64,000 nucleotides of DNA from Thermoproteota archaeon (GTDB lineage: Archaea > Korarchaeota > Korarchaeia > Korarchaeales > Korarchaeaceae): contig JAOZFG010000035.1 in the NCBI GenBank assembly GCA_027491435.1, positions 64,001 to 128,000 on the forward strand, given 5' to 3'. Numbering within the stretch: the first letter of the stretch is position 1; each line of letters opens with the position of its first letter. The notes under the pieces are model-generated. The model saw only the letters and a list, made by a program, of their open reading frames with translations. It was not told the origin of the DNA and searched no databases. The position numbers and the translations under genes were made by a program. Shown one piece after another: positions 47,798 through 57,643 of the stretch.

Positions 47798-48483
47798 GTG
47801 TAGCCCCACCACCAGTACTCTGGGTAACGCCCTTGCCTATACATCCTTACCCTGTCCCTAAGGGGGAGCGACATTACCACTCCAGCTATAAAGCCGCCTA
47901 TGTGGGCCCAATAGGCTACCCCTGTCCTCTCCCCTATTAAGGCTGGTATCAACTGCCAGAGGAACCAGAAGCCTATGTAGTACTTAGCGGGAATTCTCTC
48001 GACCACCACGTAGAAGTAGATGAATACGAGCGTGAGTATGTTGGCCTCCGGGTAAAATATCATGTAAGCCCCCAGGACCCCGCTTATAGCACCGGATGCG
48101 CCGACCGCAGGTATCATGGAGGTGGGGAACATGACCGTGTGGAGGAGATCTGCTGCTAACCCGGAAATGAGGTAGAAGATCAGGTACTGCACTTTGCCAT
48201 AGGCCGCCTCCACGTTGTCCCCGAATATGTAGAGGTAGAGCATGTTGCCTATTAGGTGAAGCCACCCCCCGTGCATGAACATGGAGGTGAAGAGCCTGTA
48301 GAAGTTGGCCGAGGGGTTGTCCAGGAAAAGGGCTGGTATGTACCCGTACTCGTATATGAGGTACTGGAACCTGTCGGGCCCGCCGGCTATCTGCCATAGG
48401 AACACTATCACGTTGGCTGCGATGAGCATATAGGTGACGTAAGGGGTCTCGGGACTAGGGTTTTCATCCCTATACGGTATCAA
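47791..48483 (-). CDS. Rhomboid intramembrane serine protease
   Basis: MFMHGGWLHLIGNM, GASGAI and AYWAHIGG. Confidence 0.95.
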   Translation of the reverse strand: MIPYRDENPSPETPYVTYMLIAANVIVFLWQIAGGPDRFQYLIYEYGYIPALFLDNPSANFYRLFTSMFMHGGWLHLIGNMLYLYIFGDNVEAAYGKVQYLIFYLISGLAADLLHTVMFPTSMIPAVGASGAISGVLGAYMIFYPEANILTLVFIYFYVVVERIPAKYYIGFWFLWQLIPALIGERTGVAYWAHIGGFIAGVVMSLPLRDRVRMYRQGRYPEYWWWGYTW

Positions 48484-48497
48484 CTCAGAACCTCCCG

Positions 48498-48555
48498 GGC
48501 TCAGCTGACTCTCTTAAGGGCATCGAAGCCCTCTTGCCGAATAGTCATCATCGCC
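48498..48555 (-). ncRNA. C/D box guide sRNA, predicted to target 23S rRNA helix 69 (C1920, E. coli numbering)
   Basis: Box C ATGATGA (48551-48545), box D CTGA (48504-48501), 40-nt interior and short GGC/GCC terminal stem. The D guide is complementary to CUGACUCUCUUAAGG. Confidence 0.8.
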
Positions 48556-48574
48556 TAGTAAGTAGAGGGCCTCA

Positions 48575-48590
48575 ATAAAAAAATAATGTG
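48575..48590 (-). terminator. Oligo-T terminator after the second oxidoreductase operon
   Basis: T-run on the minus strand (aaaaaaa on +) just past the gamma-subunit stop. Confidence 0.4.
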
Positions 48591-48600
48591 ATGGGAAGAG

Positions 48601-49164
48601 CTACATCCCCTTTATCAGTTTAACGAGTTCCTTTCCTACTTCCCTTCCCCTTCTGGCGGCCTTTATATTCAGGTCTATGAACTGGGGCTTAACAAGCATC
48701 CTTATCGCTTCTTCTAAGTTTTCAAGCGGAATTATCTCGATGGCCTCGGTAAGGACGCCCAGCATGAACATGTTAGCCACTATTCTATGGCCTAGCTTTT
48801 CAGCCTCATCTGTGGCGGGAACCTTGAATATGAGCCTGGCCTTCCCCTCTACAGGGTCAAAGTACTTGATCATTGAGGAGTCGGCAATTATAACGGTCTT
48901 TGAGATGTCGTACCTCTTGGAGAACCTGTTCAAAGAGTCCTGATTCATAACGACCCAGAAGTCGGGGGATATCACCTTGGGGTAGTCTATCTCTTCATCC
49001 GAGATAACTACTTCAGACCTAGTGGACCCCAGCCTGGCCTCAGGCCCGTAGGTGTAGGTGGACGCTGCAAAGTAATTGCTGAGCACCGTAGCTTGAGCTA
49101 AGACAGCGCCTGACAGAACTATTCCCTGACCTCCAAAACCGGACAGCATTATTTCAATCCTCAA
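48601..49164 (-). CDS. korC: 2-oxoacid:ferredoxin oxidoreductase gamma subunit
   Basis: SGFGGQG, YGPEARLG and ANMFMLG. Confidence 0.9.
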   Translation of the reverse strand: MRIEIMLSGFGGQGIVLSGAVLAQATVLSNYFAASTYTYGPEARLGSTRSEVVISDEEIDYPKVISPDFWVVMNQDSLNRFSKRYDISKTVIIADSSMIKYFDPVEGKARLIFKVPATDEAEKLGHRIVANMFMLGVLTEAIEIIPLENLEEAIRMLVKPQFIDLNIKAARRGREVGKELVKLIKGM

Positions 49165-49498
49165 GCCACCACACCCCCTCCTTCACTATCCTGTCCCTCT
49201 CCTCTACTCTAGGAAGCCAGGGCTTCTCGTACTTCTCCTCCACCTCCTTCAGCATCTTCTCCTCTTCCTCGTCTATTATCACCTGTATGGCGAAGTCAGG
49301 ACAGTAGAACTCGCACAGGCGGCACCTCCTGCACTGATCCAGCCTCACGGCGACGGGCTTCTTCACTCCCCTCCAGTTTCTCTCCTTAGAGATCTCGAAA
49401 ACGTCCCAAGGACAGGCCCAGATGCAGAGGTAGCATCCTTTACACAGCTTGTCGCTGACTATGATATCTTTTACGCCAACTCCCGGCTTCATGTACAT
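49154..49498 (-). CDS. korD: 2-oxoacid:ferredoxin oxidoreductase delta subunit (2x[4Fe-4S])
   Basis: CKGCYLCIWACP and CRRCRLCEFYCPDFAI. ATG 49498 follows GGAGGTGAT. Confidence 0.88.
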   Translation of the reverse strand: MYMKPGVGVKDIIVSDKLCKGCYLCIWACPWDVFEISKERNWRGVKKPVAVRLDQCRRCRLCEFYCPDFAIQVIIDEEEEKMLKEVEEKYEKPWLPRVEERDRIVKEGVWWLED

Positions 49499-49502
49499 GA
49501 GA

Positions 49503-50357
49503 TCACCTCCCACCCTTCTTCTGAGCCTTCTCGATTATCTTGTAGACTTGCTCGGTGTACTCGGGCCTGTCAGTTCTGTGTAGGAACTCTCCCACTACTA
49601 TCTTGCCCTGAAGCTCCTCGGGGCTCATGGTCTTGGCCTTCCCTAGGGGGACTGAGACCTCCTTGAACCAGTCCATCATGTCCCTGGGGTCGGGCTTGCC
49701 TAATATGTACCTGCCAGCGTAAGTGGGGCACTGGAAGACTATCTCTATTGCCGCGAACCCCTTGTGCTTTATAGCCTTCTTTATGCTGTTCTTAGCTTGC
49801 ACGAAATGGTAGGTCGTCCACCTGGCTAGATAGGTAGCTCCAGCAGCTTCGAGTAACTTCATCAGGTCGAAGTTAGGCTCTATATTCCCGTAGGGTGTAG
49901 TGTTTGTCCTAGCCCCTTGAGGAGTGGTTGGTGACATTTGCCCTCCGGTGAGCGAGTAAAGCATGTTAGTCGCTATTATGGCGGTGAGGTCCACGTTTCT
50001 CCTAGCGGCGTGTATTAAGTGGTTCCCACCTATGCCCATGCTGTCCCCGTCTCCCATCACGACTATTACGTTAAGATCTGGTTTAGACAGCTTCAGCGCT
50101 GTAGCGAAGGCTAGAGCTCTGCCGTGAAGCGTGTGAGCGGCGTCCCTTCTGAAGTAGAGGGGAACCCACCCTGAGCAGCCTATGCCCGATACGAAGGCAG
50201 TTCTCTTCCACTCCTCCTCTCCTAGCTCCTCGAAAGCCATCAGGATCATTCTTTCTATTATTCCTAGCCCACAGCCTGGACAAAAGGCGTGGGGCATTAT
50301 CTCGGTTCTCATATACTTCTTAGCAAGATAATGCTCGAAATCCCTCTCAGAGAACAT
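49503..50357 (-). CDS. korB: 2-oxoacid:ferredoxin oxidoreductase beta subunit
   Basis: FCPGCG, SGIGC, HTLHGR, GDGD..GIGGNH and TGGQMSPT. Confidence 0.92.
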   Translation of the reverse strand: MFSERDFEHYLAKKYMRTEIMPHAFCPGCGLGIIERMILMAFEELGEEEWKRTAFVSGIGCSGWVPLYFRRDAAHTLHGRALAFATALKLSKPDLNVIVVMGDGDSMGIGGNHLIHAARRNVDLTAIIATNMLYSLTGGQMSPTTPQGARTNTTPYGNIEPNFDLMKLLEAAGATYLARWTTYHFVQAKNSIKKAIKHKGFAAIEIVFQCPTYAGRYILGKPDPRDMMDWFKEVSVPLGKAKTMSPEELQGKIVVGEFLHRTDRPEYTEQVYKIIEKAQKKGGR

Positions 50358-50361
50358 GAGA

Positions 50362-51513
50362 TCACCTCGCCACCCTCTTTATAGCTGCTAGCACCTCATC
50401 AGGGTGGTGTAGTAGTCCTCCCACCTTGGTCAAGGACATCACCTCGGCCATGCCCTTTGAGGCCCTCTCCACTTCCCTCACCATCTTGCCCATGTTCATC
50501 TCCGGAACCACTATTGCCTTCACTTGAGAGGCCACTTCTTGAACTTTCTTATCGTAGAACGGCCATAGCGTGATCAGTTTTAACATTCCTGCCTTGATGC
50601 CGAGCTTTCTGGCCTCCCTAACCGCCCTCAATGAGGTCCTAGCCGACGAACCGTATGAGATCACAGCTACCTCGGCGTCGTCCAACATGTACTCCTCATA
50701 CATGGATATCTTGTCCACATTCTTCTCTATCTTGTACCAGAGCCTCCTAATGGTCCTGTTAGCAGCTGCGTGATCAGTGCCTATCCTATGGCCGAATTCG
50801 TCGTGCATGACGCTCTCCACCAGGACGTTGTAGCCGTCTCCGAAGGCGGGCATGGGGGTAACCCACTCACCAGGCTTCTTAGGCAGATAGGGGATGTACT
50901 GCTCGGGGGGCACGTCGGGCTTCTTCCTCTCTACAACCTCTATCTCCTCCAGAGGAGGCACCTTAACCGGTTCCCTAACATGTGCGATAACCTCATCGGC
51001 CAGAATGATGACGGGATTCCTGTAGGTCTCAGACAGGTTAAACGCCTTAATCGTAAGGTCGAACACTTCCTGAACGCTTGAGGGAGCCAGCACTATTGAG
51101 GCGTAATCTCCATGGCTCCCCCACCTGGCCTGCATTACGTCTCCCTGCGAGGGAAGGGTAACCAGACCTGTGGAGGGCCCTCCCCTTTGGACGTTCACTA
51201 GAACCAGGGGAGTTTCGGTTATTATGGCATAACCTAGGCCTTCCTGCATCAAGGAGAAACCTGGACCGCTAGTTGCGGTCATAGATTTCCTTCCGCCCCA
51301 CGAGGCGCCTATGACGGCGAGGATGGATCCGAGCTCATCCTCCATCTGGATGAAAATGCCGCCAACCTGAGGGAGTCTGTAAGACATCCTCTCAGCAATT
51401 TCCGTAGCCGGAGTGATGGGGTACCCGGCAAAAAATCGGCAACCGGCAATTATTGCGCCCTCTACGACGGCTTCATCTCCCTGCATCAGGTGGACGCCGG
51501 GCTCAAGGGACAA
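50362..51513 (-). CDS. korA: 2-oxoacid:ferredoxin oxidoreductase alpha subunit
   Basis: GYPITPATE, QMEDE, ATSGPGFSLM and QRGGPSTG. Confidence 0.92.
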   Translation of the reverse strand: MSLEPGVHLMQGDEAVVEGAIIAGCRFFAGYPITPATEIAERMSYRLPQVGGIFIQMEDELGSILAVIGASWGGRKSMTATSGPGFSLMQEGLGYAIITETPLVLVNVQRGGPSTGLVTLPSQGDVMQARWGSHGDYASIVLAPSSVQEVFDLTIKAFNLSETYRNPVIILADEVIAHVREPVKVPPLEEIEVVERKKPDVPPEQYIPYLPKKPGEWVTPMPAFGDGYNVLVESVMHDEFGHRIGTDHAAANRTIRRLWYKIEKNVDKISMYEEYMLDDAEVAVISYGSSARTSLRAVREARKLGIKAGMLKLITLWPFYDKKVQEVASQVKAIVVPEMNMGKMVREVERASKGMAEVMSLTKVGGLLHHPDEVLAAIKRVAR

Positions 51514-51546
51514 CTTTCACACCGGCCTTTTCTCCCCCCAAGGTTA

Positions 51547-52053
51547 CTAAAAATGTTTTCTGGATTTTGATTTAAGCAGCCTCCCCTCCTCGTCTATCTC
51601 CCCATACCTTATGCGAGAGGACTTTAGGGGCCTCCCGTCCTCGGCCTTCACCAAGGGGACTACCACTATTATGAGCTCCTTCAACCCCTTCTTCTCCCTC
51701 TCCTCGTTTATTAGCAGGGCCCTCTCATAAGTCTCAGGAGTTACCACTATTATCTCAGCGTCTTCATCCTCGCTGGCCGGTCCTATTGGGTCTACTATCC
51801 TTACCACGTGAAAATTGACGTTCTTTTTCCTCAGAAAATCTTCAAGCCTCTTCTTCCTCTCCTCGTAGGAGAGAATGAGCTCATTTAGGGGCTTGCCTGT
51901 GAGCAGAGGGCCGTCAGCCAGTCCGATTAGTAAGTCCTCCGCCAAGTAGGAGGCGACCTCCAACAAGCGCCTGTGCCCTTTATGGAGCCTGTCGAAGGCC
52001 CCTCCAACTATAGCTCTCTTAAAAGGCTTCTTATACGGTTTATGGCCTCCCAA
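51547..52053 (-). CDS. coaD: Phosphopantetheine adenylyltransferase (archaeal type)
   Basis: GGAFDRLHKGH, DPIGP, VTPET and KSSRIR.GEID. Confidence 0.9.
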   Translation of the reverse strand: MGGHKPYKKPFKRAIVGGAFDRLHKGHRRLLEVASYLAEDLLIGLADGPLLTGKPLNELILSYEERKKRLEDFLRKKNVNFHVVRIVDPIGPASEDEDAEIIVVTPETYERALLINEEREKKGLKELIIVVVPLVKAEDGRPLKSSRIRYGEIDEEGRLLKSKSRKHF

Positions 52054-52652
52054 CGTCCAACTACCTCCGCACCTGACTTGACCAGGGAAGGGTCGGGTTC
52101 CTTAGCGGCTATGTATATTACTTTAACCCCTATAGAGGTTGCCTCTTTTGCTAATTCCTGGTCGGCCGTGACCAGTAGTAATTTACCGCTCACCTCCTCT
52201 ACCACGTCTCCTACGGAGATTTCCTCTCCTATCCAGGCCCTGTCCACCAGGTGGAATAGTCCCAGCCTTATCACCTTCTCCCACTCCTTGACAGGGGGCC
52301 CTTTAGATATCACACCTACCTTCACTCCCATATCCCTAGCCTGCAATATCAGATCCACGACTCCAGGCATGGGCTTGAGCAGAGCCCTCTTAACGTCGTG
52401 GTAGGCGACCACTCCTGCGGCTATCACGCCGAAGTCCTCCTTCAGCCCTAGCCTCTTCATCATCTCATTGAAGTGGTAGGGGTAGTCCTCGCCCTTCTCC
52501 TTGACCACCTTTTCTAGGGTCTCTAGAGCCACCTCCTCGTCTATCGGCAGCCCCACATCCCTCATAGCCCTAACAGCCAGCTCCCTAGCCACCGACTTAA
52601 GGTAAGAGGAGTCATAAAGGACGTCATCAACGTCTAAGAGTAACCACCTCAC
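52008..52652 (-). CDS. HAD-superfamily hydrolase
   Basis: LLDVDDVLYD motif I and IAAGVVAYH cap; C-terminal motifs weak. Confidence 0.85.
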   Translation of the reverse strand: MRWLLLDVDDVLYDSSYLKSVARELAVRAMRDVGLPIDEEVALETLEKVVKEKGEDYPYHFNEMMKRLGLKEDFGVIAAGVVAYHDVKRALLKPMPGVVDLILQARDMGVKVGVISKGPPVKEWEKVIRLGLFHLVDRAWIGEEISVGDVVEEVSGKLLLVTADQELAKEATSIGVKVIYIAAKEPDPSLVKSGAEVVGRWEAINRIRSLLREL

Positions 52653-53656
52653 TCTGTAACCACCTTCCCCAACTTCTCAGGTTTGTCGGGGTCCAACCCC
52701 CTCTTAACAGATACGTGATAGGCAAGAAGCTGAAGGGGCACGATCATAACTATTGGGCTTAGCTCACCTAAGTCGGGAGCGGGGAGGTCGCCCCCTTGAC
52801 CTACTCTTATTACTGGGGCCCCGTAAGAGGAGACCTTCCTTAACACCTCACCTATGCTCCTCCAGTCGACGGCTATAACTGGAGTTTTCTCGTTAACCAG
52901 CTGTATTGGTCCATGTAGAAACTCCCTGGCCGCAAATCCCGTGTAGTAGAAGTTACAAGTCTCCCTCAGCTTGAGGGCCGCTTCTAGGGCCGTGGGGTAG
53001 TTGGCGCCCTTTCCTAGCACGAACCCGAATTCTCGATCCTTGATGAACTCGGATATAGGCTCAACGTGCCCAGAAGTGCCCTCTATAACCTCCCTAACCA
53101 CTCTTGGTATGGATCTGAGCTTTTTCATCAACTCTTCATCCTTAGACAGCTTCACAGACAGCATGTATGCTGCCGCCAACTGAGTGGTGTAGCTCTTAGT
53201 CGCCGCCACAGCTCGCTCCACTCCGGCCTTTGTGAAAATTACCTGATCGCTTACCCTAGCCAAGGTGCTCCCCTCCGTGTTAGTTATCGCAATAACTGGG
53301 CAATCGTCGCAGACCTTCCTGAACGATTCCACAGCTATTAGCACGTCTTTACTCTCTCCACTCTGGGAGAACGCTATTAAGGAGGAATTCTCGGCCCTGC
53401 TGGGCATCCAGTTGGGTAACTCGGAGGCCTGAATTGCGGTGGCCCTCTTACCCGAGATCCTCATCAGAGCCCTTTGCAACACCAGAGAGGCATGATAGCT
53501 AGTTCCGCTACCAGTCACGTATATGAACCTCTCGTCCAGAAGTTCCGAAGCCCTCTCCACGGACCCCTCTGACTCCCTTATCGTCTTATCTATGGCTTCA
53601 GGCTGCTCCATTATCTCTTGAAACATGTACTGCCCTGGCGCCTTCCCACCTACCAT
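52649..53656 (-). CDS. SIS-domain sugar-phosphate isomerase/aminase (GlmS C-terminal domain only)
   Basis: EIMEQP, GSGTSYHA, SQSGES, ATKSY, EAALKLRE, HGP and DPDKPEKLGKVV; no glutaminase domain. Confidence 0.88.
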   Translation of the reverse strand: MVGGKAPGQYMFQEIMEQPEAIDKTIRESEGSVERASELLDERFIYVTGSGTSYHASLVLQRALMRISGKRATAIQASELPNWMPSRAENSSLIAFSQSGESKDVLIAVESFRKVCDDCPVIAITNTEGSTLARVSDQVIFTKAGVERAVAATKSYTTQLAAAYMLSVKLSKDEELMKKLRSIPRVVREVIEGTSGHVEPISEFIKDREFGFVLGKGANYPTALEAALKLRETCNFYYTGFAAREFLHGPIQLVNEKTPVIAVDWRSIGEVLRKVSSYGAPVIRVGQGGDLPAPDLGELSPIVMIVPLQLLAYHVSVKRGLDPDKPEKLGKVVTE

Positions 53657-53719
53657 AAGACCCGTGCCTCAGGACGCATCTATTATTTATCCGTAACCGC
53701 CCATATTACAGGTGATGCC

Positions 53720-54802
53720 ATGGACGAGGAATCCATATACTTCTTCGGAAAGCTCTCAGAGGCTTTTGGACCTTCTGGATTTGAAGATGAAGTCTTAAAC
53801 CTCCTCAAAAGCAGGTATTCTCAGTATGCAGACAGGGTAGTTAGCGACAACCTCGGATCCCTCATATTCGTCAAGAGAGGAACGAGCGATGAGCCCAAGG
53901 TTATGGTCTCCGGGCACGTTGATGAGGTAGGTTTCATAGTGACTAGCGTGGATGATAAGGGCTTCCTTAAGTTCGAAACCCTCGGAGGCTGGGTTCCCAC
54001 GACCCTGCCAGCCCATAGGGTGATAGTTAGGGGGAAGAAGGGGGATCACATAGGGGTTATAACCAGCAAGCCCCCACACCTGATGTCCCCTGAGGAGAGG
54101 AAGAAGCCCTTGGAGATAAAGGACCTCTACGTGGATGTTGGGGCCAAGAGCAAGGACGATTTGAAGGAAATGGGCATAAGGATAGGCGATCCCATGGCCC
54201 CGCTGGCCAAGTTCGAGGTCCTCAGGGATGGTAAAGTGTGGCTGGGCAAGGCCTTCGACGATAGGATAGGGGCCTTCATAGGCCTTGAAGTTCTGAAGGC
54301 CTTGAAGGAGGAGGGAATAGCTCACCCTAACACCTATTACGCTGCTGCGACTGTGCAGGAGGAAGTAGGCCTCAGGGGGGCTGAGACAGCGGCAGACGTG
54401 GTTGATCCAGACGTCTTCATAGCCCTTGAAGTCGACATCGCCGGAGACTCCCCGGGAGTACAGCCCTATGAGGCCCCAGCGAAGATGTGTGAAGGCGTTT
54501 CCATACTCACCTGGGACAGGTCCATGATACCCAACAGGAAGTTGAAGGAATTCGTCATAGAGGTGGCTGAGGAAGAGGGGATAAAGTACCAACTCTCAGC
54601 CGTCAGGGGAGGAACTGACGCTGGTAGGGTCCATTTGCACAAGAGAGGCGTTCCATCTATAGTTTTAGGAGTTCCAACCAGGCACATACATTCTCACAGC
54701 TCTATACTTTGTCCTAGCGACGTTGAGGAGGCGATAAAGCTGATGAAGGCCCTGTTAAAGAGGCTGGACGCTGAGACCGTCAGGGGGTTCACCGTCAGAT
54801 GA
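53720..54802 (+). CDS. M42 family aminopeptidase (TET)
   Basis: GHVDEVG, KAFDDR, QEEVGLRGA, GGTDAG and RHIHS. ATG 53720 follows GGTGAT. Confidence 0.93.
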   Translation: MDEESIYFFGKLSEAFGPSGFEDEVLNLLKSRYSQYADRVVSDNLGSLIFVKRGTSDEPKVMVSGHVDEVGFIVTSVDDKGFLKFETLGGWVPTTLPAHRVIVRGKKGDHIGVITSKPPHLMSPEERKKPLEIKDLYVDVGAKSKDDLKEMGIRIGDPMAPLAKFEVLRDGKVWLGKAFDDRIGAFIGLEVLKALKEEGIAHPNTYYAAATVQEEVGLRGAETAADVVDPDVFIALEVDIAGDSPGVQPYEAPAKMCEGVSILTWDRSMIPNRKLKEFVIEVAEEEGIKYQLSAVRGGTDAGRVHLHKRGVPSIVLGVPTRHIHSHSSILCPSDVEEAIKLMKALLKRLDAETVRGFTVR

Positions 54803-56205
54803 AGGAGCTTGAGCTTACTCAACCTATTTCTTGGCTTGACGGCGTTGATCCCAGGACTGGCAGGATAATTCAGGAGGGACATCCCCAGAGGGGGCAGTCC
54901 ATAGCTGGCAAGGTCCTGAGGATTCCCCACTCCTCAGGGTCCACGGTAGGGGCCTACATATTTTTCGCTTTGAAGGAGTACGGGACAGCCCCGGCCAAGA
55001 TAATACTGAAGAAGGCTGACAGCGTGACCATTTCAGCTGAATTAGCTGGCATTCCCGTGGAGATAGAGGGGGGCAAGGAGGTCAGGCTCGATGCTGAAGT
55101 CCCCGAGGAGTTCAAGAGATTCCTTGAGAGGGAGGCCTCCATAGTCGGAGCTGAGGAGTTCGTTAGAGTGAGATCCGTTCACGTCAGCGGGGTGTCTTAC
55201 GCCACCATCGGGGATTGGGGGAGGAAGTGGTTATCTAGGATAAGCGAGAGGGCTAAGGCCAAGGTGATTGCCACTTCCAATCCAGCCGGAATGGACATCT
55301 TGAATTGGAGGGAAATGGGGGTTCCAGAGGACTTCTCTAGGGGCCAGCTGGAGATAGTTGAATACCTGACGAGGATGGGGGTGATGCCCTCCCTGACCTG
55401 CACCCCATATTTAGCGGGCAACCTTCCCAGGAGGGGAGATCACATATCGTGGGGGGAGTCCAGCGCCGTTGCCTTCGCTAACAGCGTAATCGGCGCGAGG
55501 ACCAATAGGGAGGGAGGGGTGAAGACTATAGTGGCGGCCGTAACTGGATTAACTCCCAAGTACGGGATGCATTTGGATGAGAACAGGTTACCCAACTTGA
55601 GGGTTGAGGTTAGCTCCGAGGGATGGAGCTACCTGGATTACACGCTACTTGGATACCTTACAGGAGAAGAGAGCCCGTCTAGCGTCCCTTGTTACACGAT
55701 AACAGGGGAGCTAGATGATATAAAGGGTTTAGGGGCAGGAGGCGCTGCCTCCGGATCAATAGAGATGTTTCACTTGGGCTCCTGTCCAGTAGGCAGGACG
55801 CTGAGGTTCTCTCAAAAGGACTTGGAGGAGCTCAGGGAGAGGATGAGCTCCTTCGATGGCGGAACCGACCTCGTGGTAATAGGATGTCCTCACCTGTCCC
55901 TAAACCAGTTGAGGGAGATCTCCCTCAACCTACTGGGCAGAAAGGCGAAAGTGCCCTTCTGGTTGTACACCTCAAGGGCCGCTTTAGCCCAACTTCCCAG
56001 GTCCACTTTAGCCTCTCTGGAGAGGGCAGGCGTGAAAGTCTGGGCCGACACGTGCATGGTCGTCTCTCCTCTGGAAAGGATGGGCATCAGGAAGGTGACC
56101 ACAAACTCAGCGAAGGCGGCCAAATACTTGAGAAGTCTGAGGGGTTTAGACGTGGAGCTGTTGAGAATTAAAGAAATTGTAGAGAGGTACACTAGTCCAG
56201 CTTGA
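54799..56205 (+). CDS. Aconitase X as a fused small (swivel) + large subunit; probable phosphomevalonate dehydratase
   Basis: N-terminal [12 protein letters not shown]...HP..GQSIAGK...GSTVG. Then SGVSY, CTPY, ESSA, GCPH and DTCMVV with three Fe-S Cys. Confidence 0.85.
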   Translation: MKELELTQPISWLDGVDPRTGRIIQEGHPQRGQSIAGKVLRIPHSSGSTVGAYIFFALKEYGTAPAKIILKKADSVTISAELAGIPVEIEGGKEVRLDAEVPEEFKRFLEREASIVGAEEFVRVRSVHVSGVSYATIGDWGRKWLSRISERAKAKVIATSNPAGMDILNWREMGVPEDFSRGQLEIVEYLTRMGVMPSLTCTPYLAGNLPRRGDHISWGESSAVAFANSVIGARTNREGGVKTIVAAVTGLTPKYGMHLDENRLPNLRVEVSSEGWSYLDYTLLGYLTGEESPSSVPCYTITGELDDIKGLGAGGAASGSIEMFHLGSCPVGRTLRFSQKDLEELRERMSSFDGGTDLVVIGCPHLSLNQLREISLNLLGRKAKVPFWLYTSRAALAQLPRSTLASLERAGVKVWADTCMVVSPLERMGIRKVTTNSAKAAKYLRSLRGLDVELLRIKEIVERYTSPA

Positions 56206-57487
56206 GGACTTGCTTGTACCCCTCTAGGTCGAGGAGACCATGTCCTGAGTAGTTAAATAGGATCACCTTCTCTTTACCATCTTCTTTAGCTTTTAAGGCC
56301 TCATCTATGGCTGCCTTTACGGCATGAGCTGTCTCAGGAGCTGGTATTAGCCCCTCAACTTTAGCAAAAAGCGATGCTGCCTTGAAGACGTCCTCCTGCG
56401 GGTAAGCCACTGATCTTATCACCCCCTTGTTCTTCAGCAGGCTGACGGTGGGGGCCGCTCCGTGGTACCTGAGCCCGCCCGCGTGTATGGGCGGAGGAAC
56501 GAACTTATGGCCTAAGGTGTACATTTTTATCAAGGGGGTCGTCTCGGCCGTGTCCCCGAAGTCGTACCTGTATTCCCCGTTGGTAAGGGAAGGTGAAGCT
56601 GTGGGCTCCACCGCTACCACATCGTAGTTATCCCTGCCCTCAAGTATGTCCCTTATGAACGGGAAGACTAGCCCGGCGAAGTTGCTACCCCCTCCCACGC
56701 TTCCTATTAGGACGTCTGGCTTTTCGTCAATTGCTTCCATCTGCTTCTTAGCCTCAATCCCTATGACGGTCTGATGGAGTAAGACGTGATTCAGCACACT
56801 GCCCAGAGCGTACTTAGTCTTCTCGTCCTTTAACGCTGCCTCTATGGCTTCGCTTATCGCTATCCCCAGGGATCCCGGGTGTTCTGGATCCTCTTTTAAG
56901 AACTTCCTACCTACCTCAGTTAGCTCGCTGGGAGAGGGGACTACGTTAGCCCCGTAGAGCTTCATCACGTACTTCCTGTAGGGCTTCTGCATGTAGGATA
57001 CCCTGACCATGAAGACTAAGGCTTCAAGCCCGTTCATGGCCGTGGCGTAAGAGAGGGCGCTTCCCCACTGACCAGCTCCCGTCTCGGTGGTCAGCCTCTC
57101 CAGCCCCTCTTTAGAAGCGTAGTAGGCCTGAGCCAGCGCTGTGTTTAGCTTGTGGCTCCCGGTAGGGGACAAATCCTCCCTCTTGAAGTATATCTTTGCT
57201 GGCGTTCTCAGGTACTCCTCCAACCTCTTAGCCCTATACAAGGGAGTTGGCCTGCCTATTCTTAAGTAAAGCTCCCTTAGCTCGTCAGGTATTCTGATCT
57301 CCTTCTCTTTTGAGAACTCTTGGTCAACGCACTCCTTCACGAAGAGGGGGTAGAATGCCTCGGGTCCTAATGGCTCCTTGGTAGCGGGGTGCAACGGGGG
57401 CGGCAGGTCAGGCAGGTCAGCCACGATATTGTACCAGAACCTGGGAACTTCATCCTTTGGAAGGTCCACTCTGAGGGCTCCGGTCAT
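56192..57487 (-). CDS. trpB2: Tryptophan synthase beta chain, TrpB2 type
   Basis: WYNI, GRPTPL, SHKLN (PLP Lys), [24 protein letters not shown] and SGHGLLD. Confidence 0.95.
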   Translation of the reverse strand: MTGALRVDLPKDEVPRFWYNIVADLPDLPPPLHPATKEPLGPEAFYPLFVKECVDQEFSKEKEIRIPDELRELYLRIGRPTPLYRAKRLEEYLRTPAKIYFKREDLSPTGSHKLNTALAQAYYASKEGLERLTTETGAGQWGSALSYATAMNGLEALVFMVRVSYMQKPYRKYVMKLYGANVVPSPSELTEVGRKFLKEDPEHPGSLGIAISEAIEAALKDEKTKYALGSVLNHVLLHQTVIGIEAKKQMEAIDEKPDVLIGSVGGGSNFAGLVFPFIRDILEGRDNYDVVAVEPTASPSLTNGEYRYDFGDTAETTPLIKMYTLGHKFVPPPIHAGGLRYHGAAPTVSLLKNKGVIRSVAYPQEDVFKAASLFAKVEGLIPAPETAHAVKAAIDEALKAKEDGKEKVILFNYSGHGLLDLEGYKQVLKLD

Positions 57488-57615
57488 AGGACCACCTCCA
57501 GACGCTTCAAAGTCGACAGCTGCCCTTCTCCTGAAGGAGAGTTTGCTGCGGTCGTCCTAGGCTCCTTAAAGAGTAGGGCCTGCATCAGGGAGAGGAGCTC
57601 AGGCAGAAAGCCAAA

Positions 57616-57630
57616 CTAGATCCCCCACAT
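57616..57630 (-). other. Met-Trp-Gly-Ile-stop minigene in the trpB2 leader
   Basis: GGAGGTGTCCT-ATG TGG GGG ATC TAG, starting 143 nt upstream of the trpB2 start. Confidence 0.6.
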
Positions 57631-57643
57631 AGGACACCTCCTG

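Noticed and set aside
57616-57618. Pyrrolysine decoding of the minigene TAG
   Set aside because: No pyl genes in the window, and TAG is used as an ordinary stop by many genes here. Readthrough is kept only as a hypothesis.
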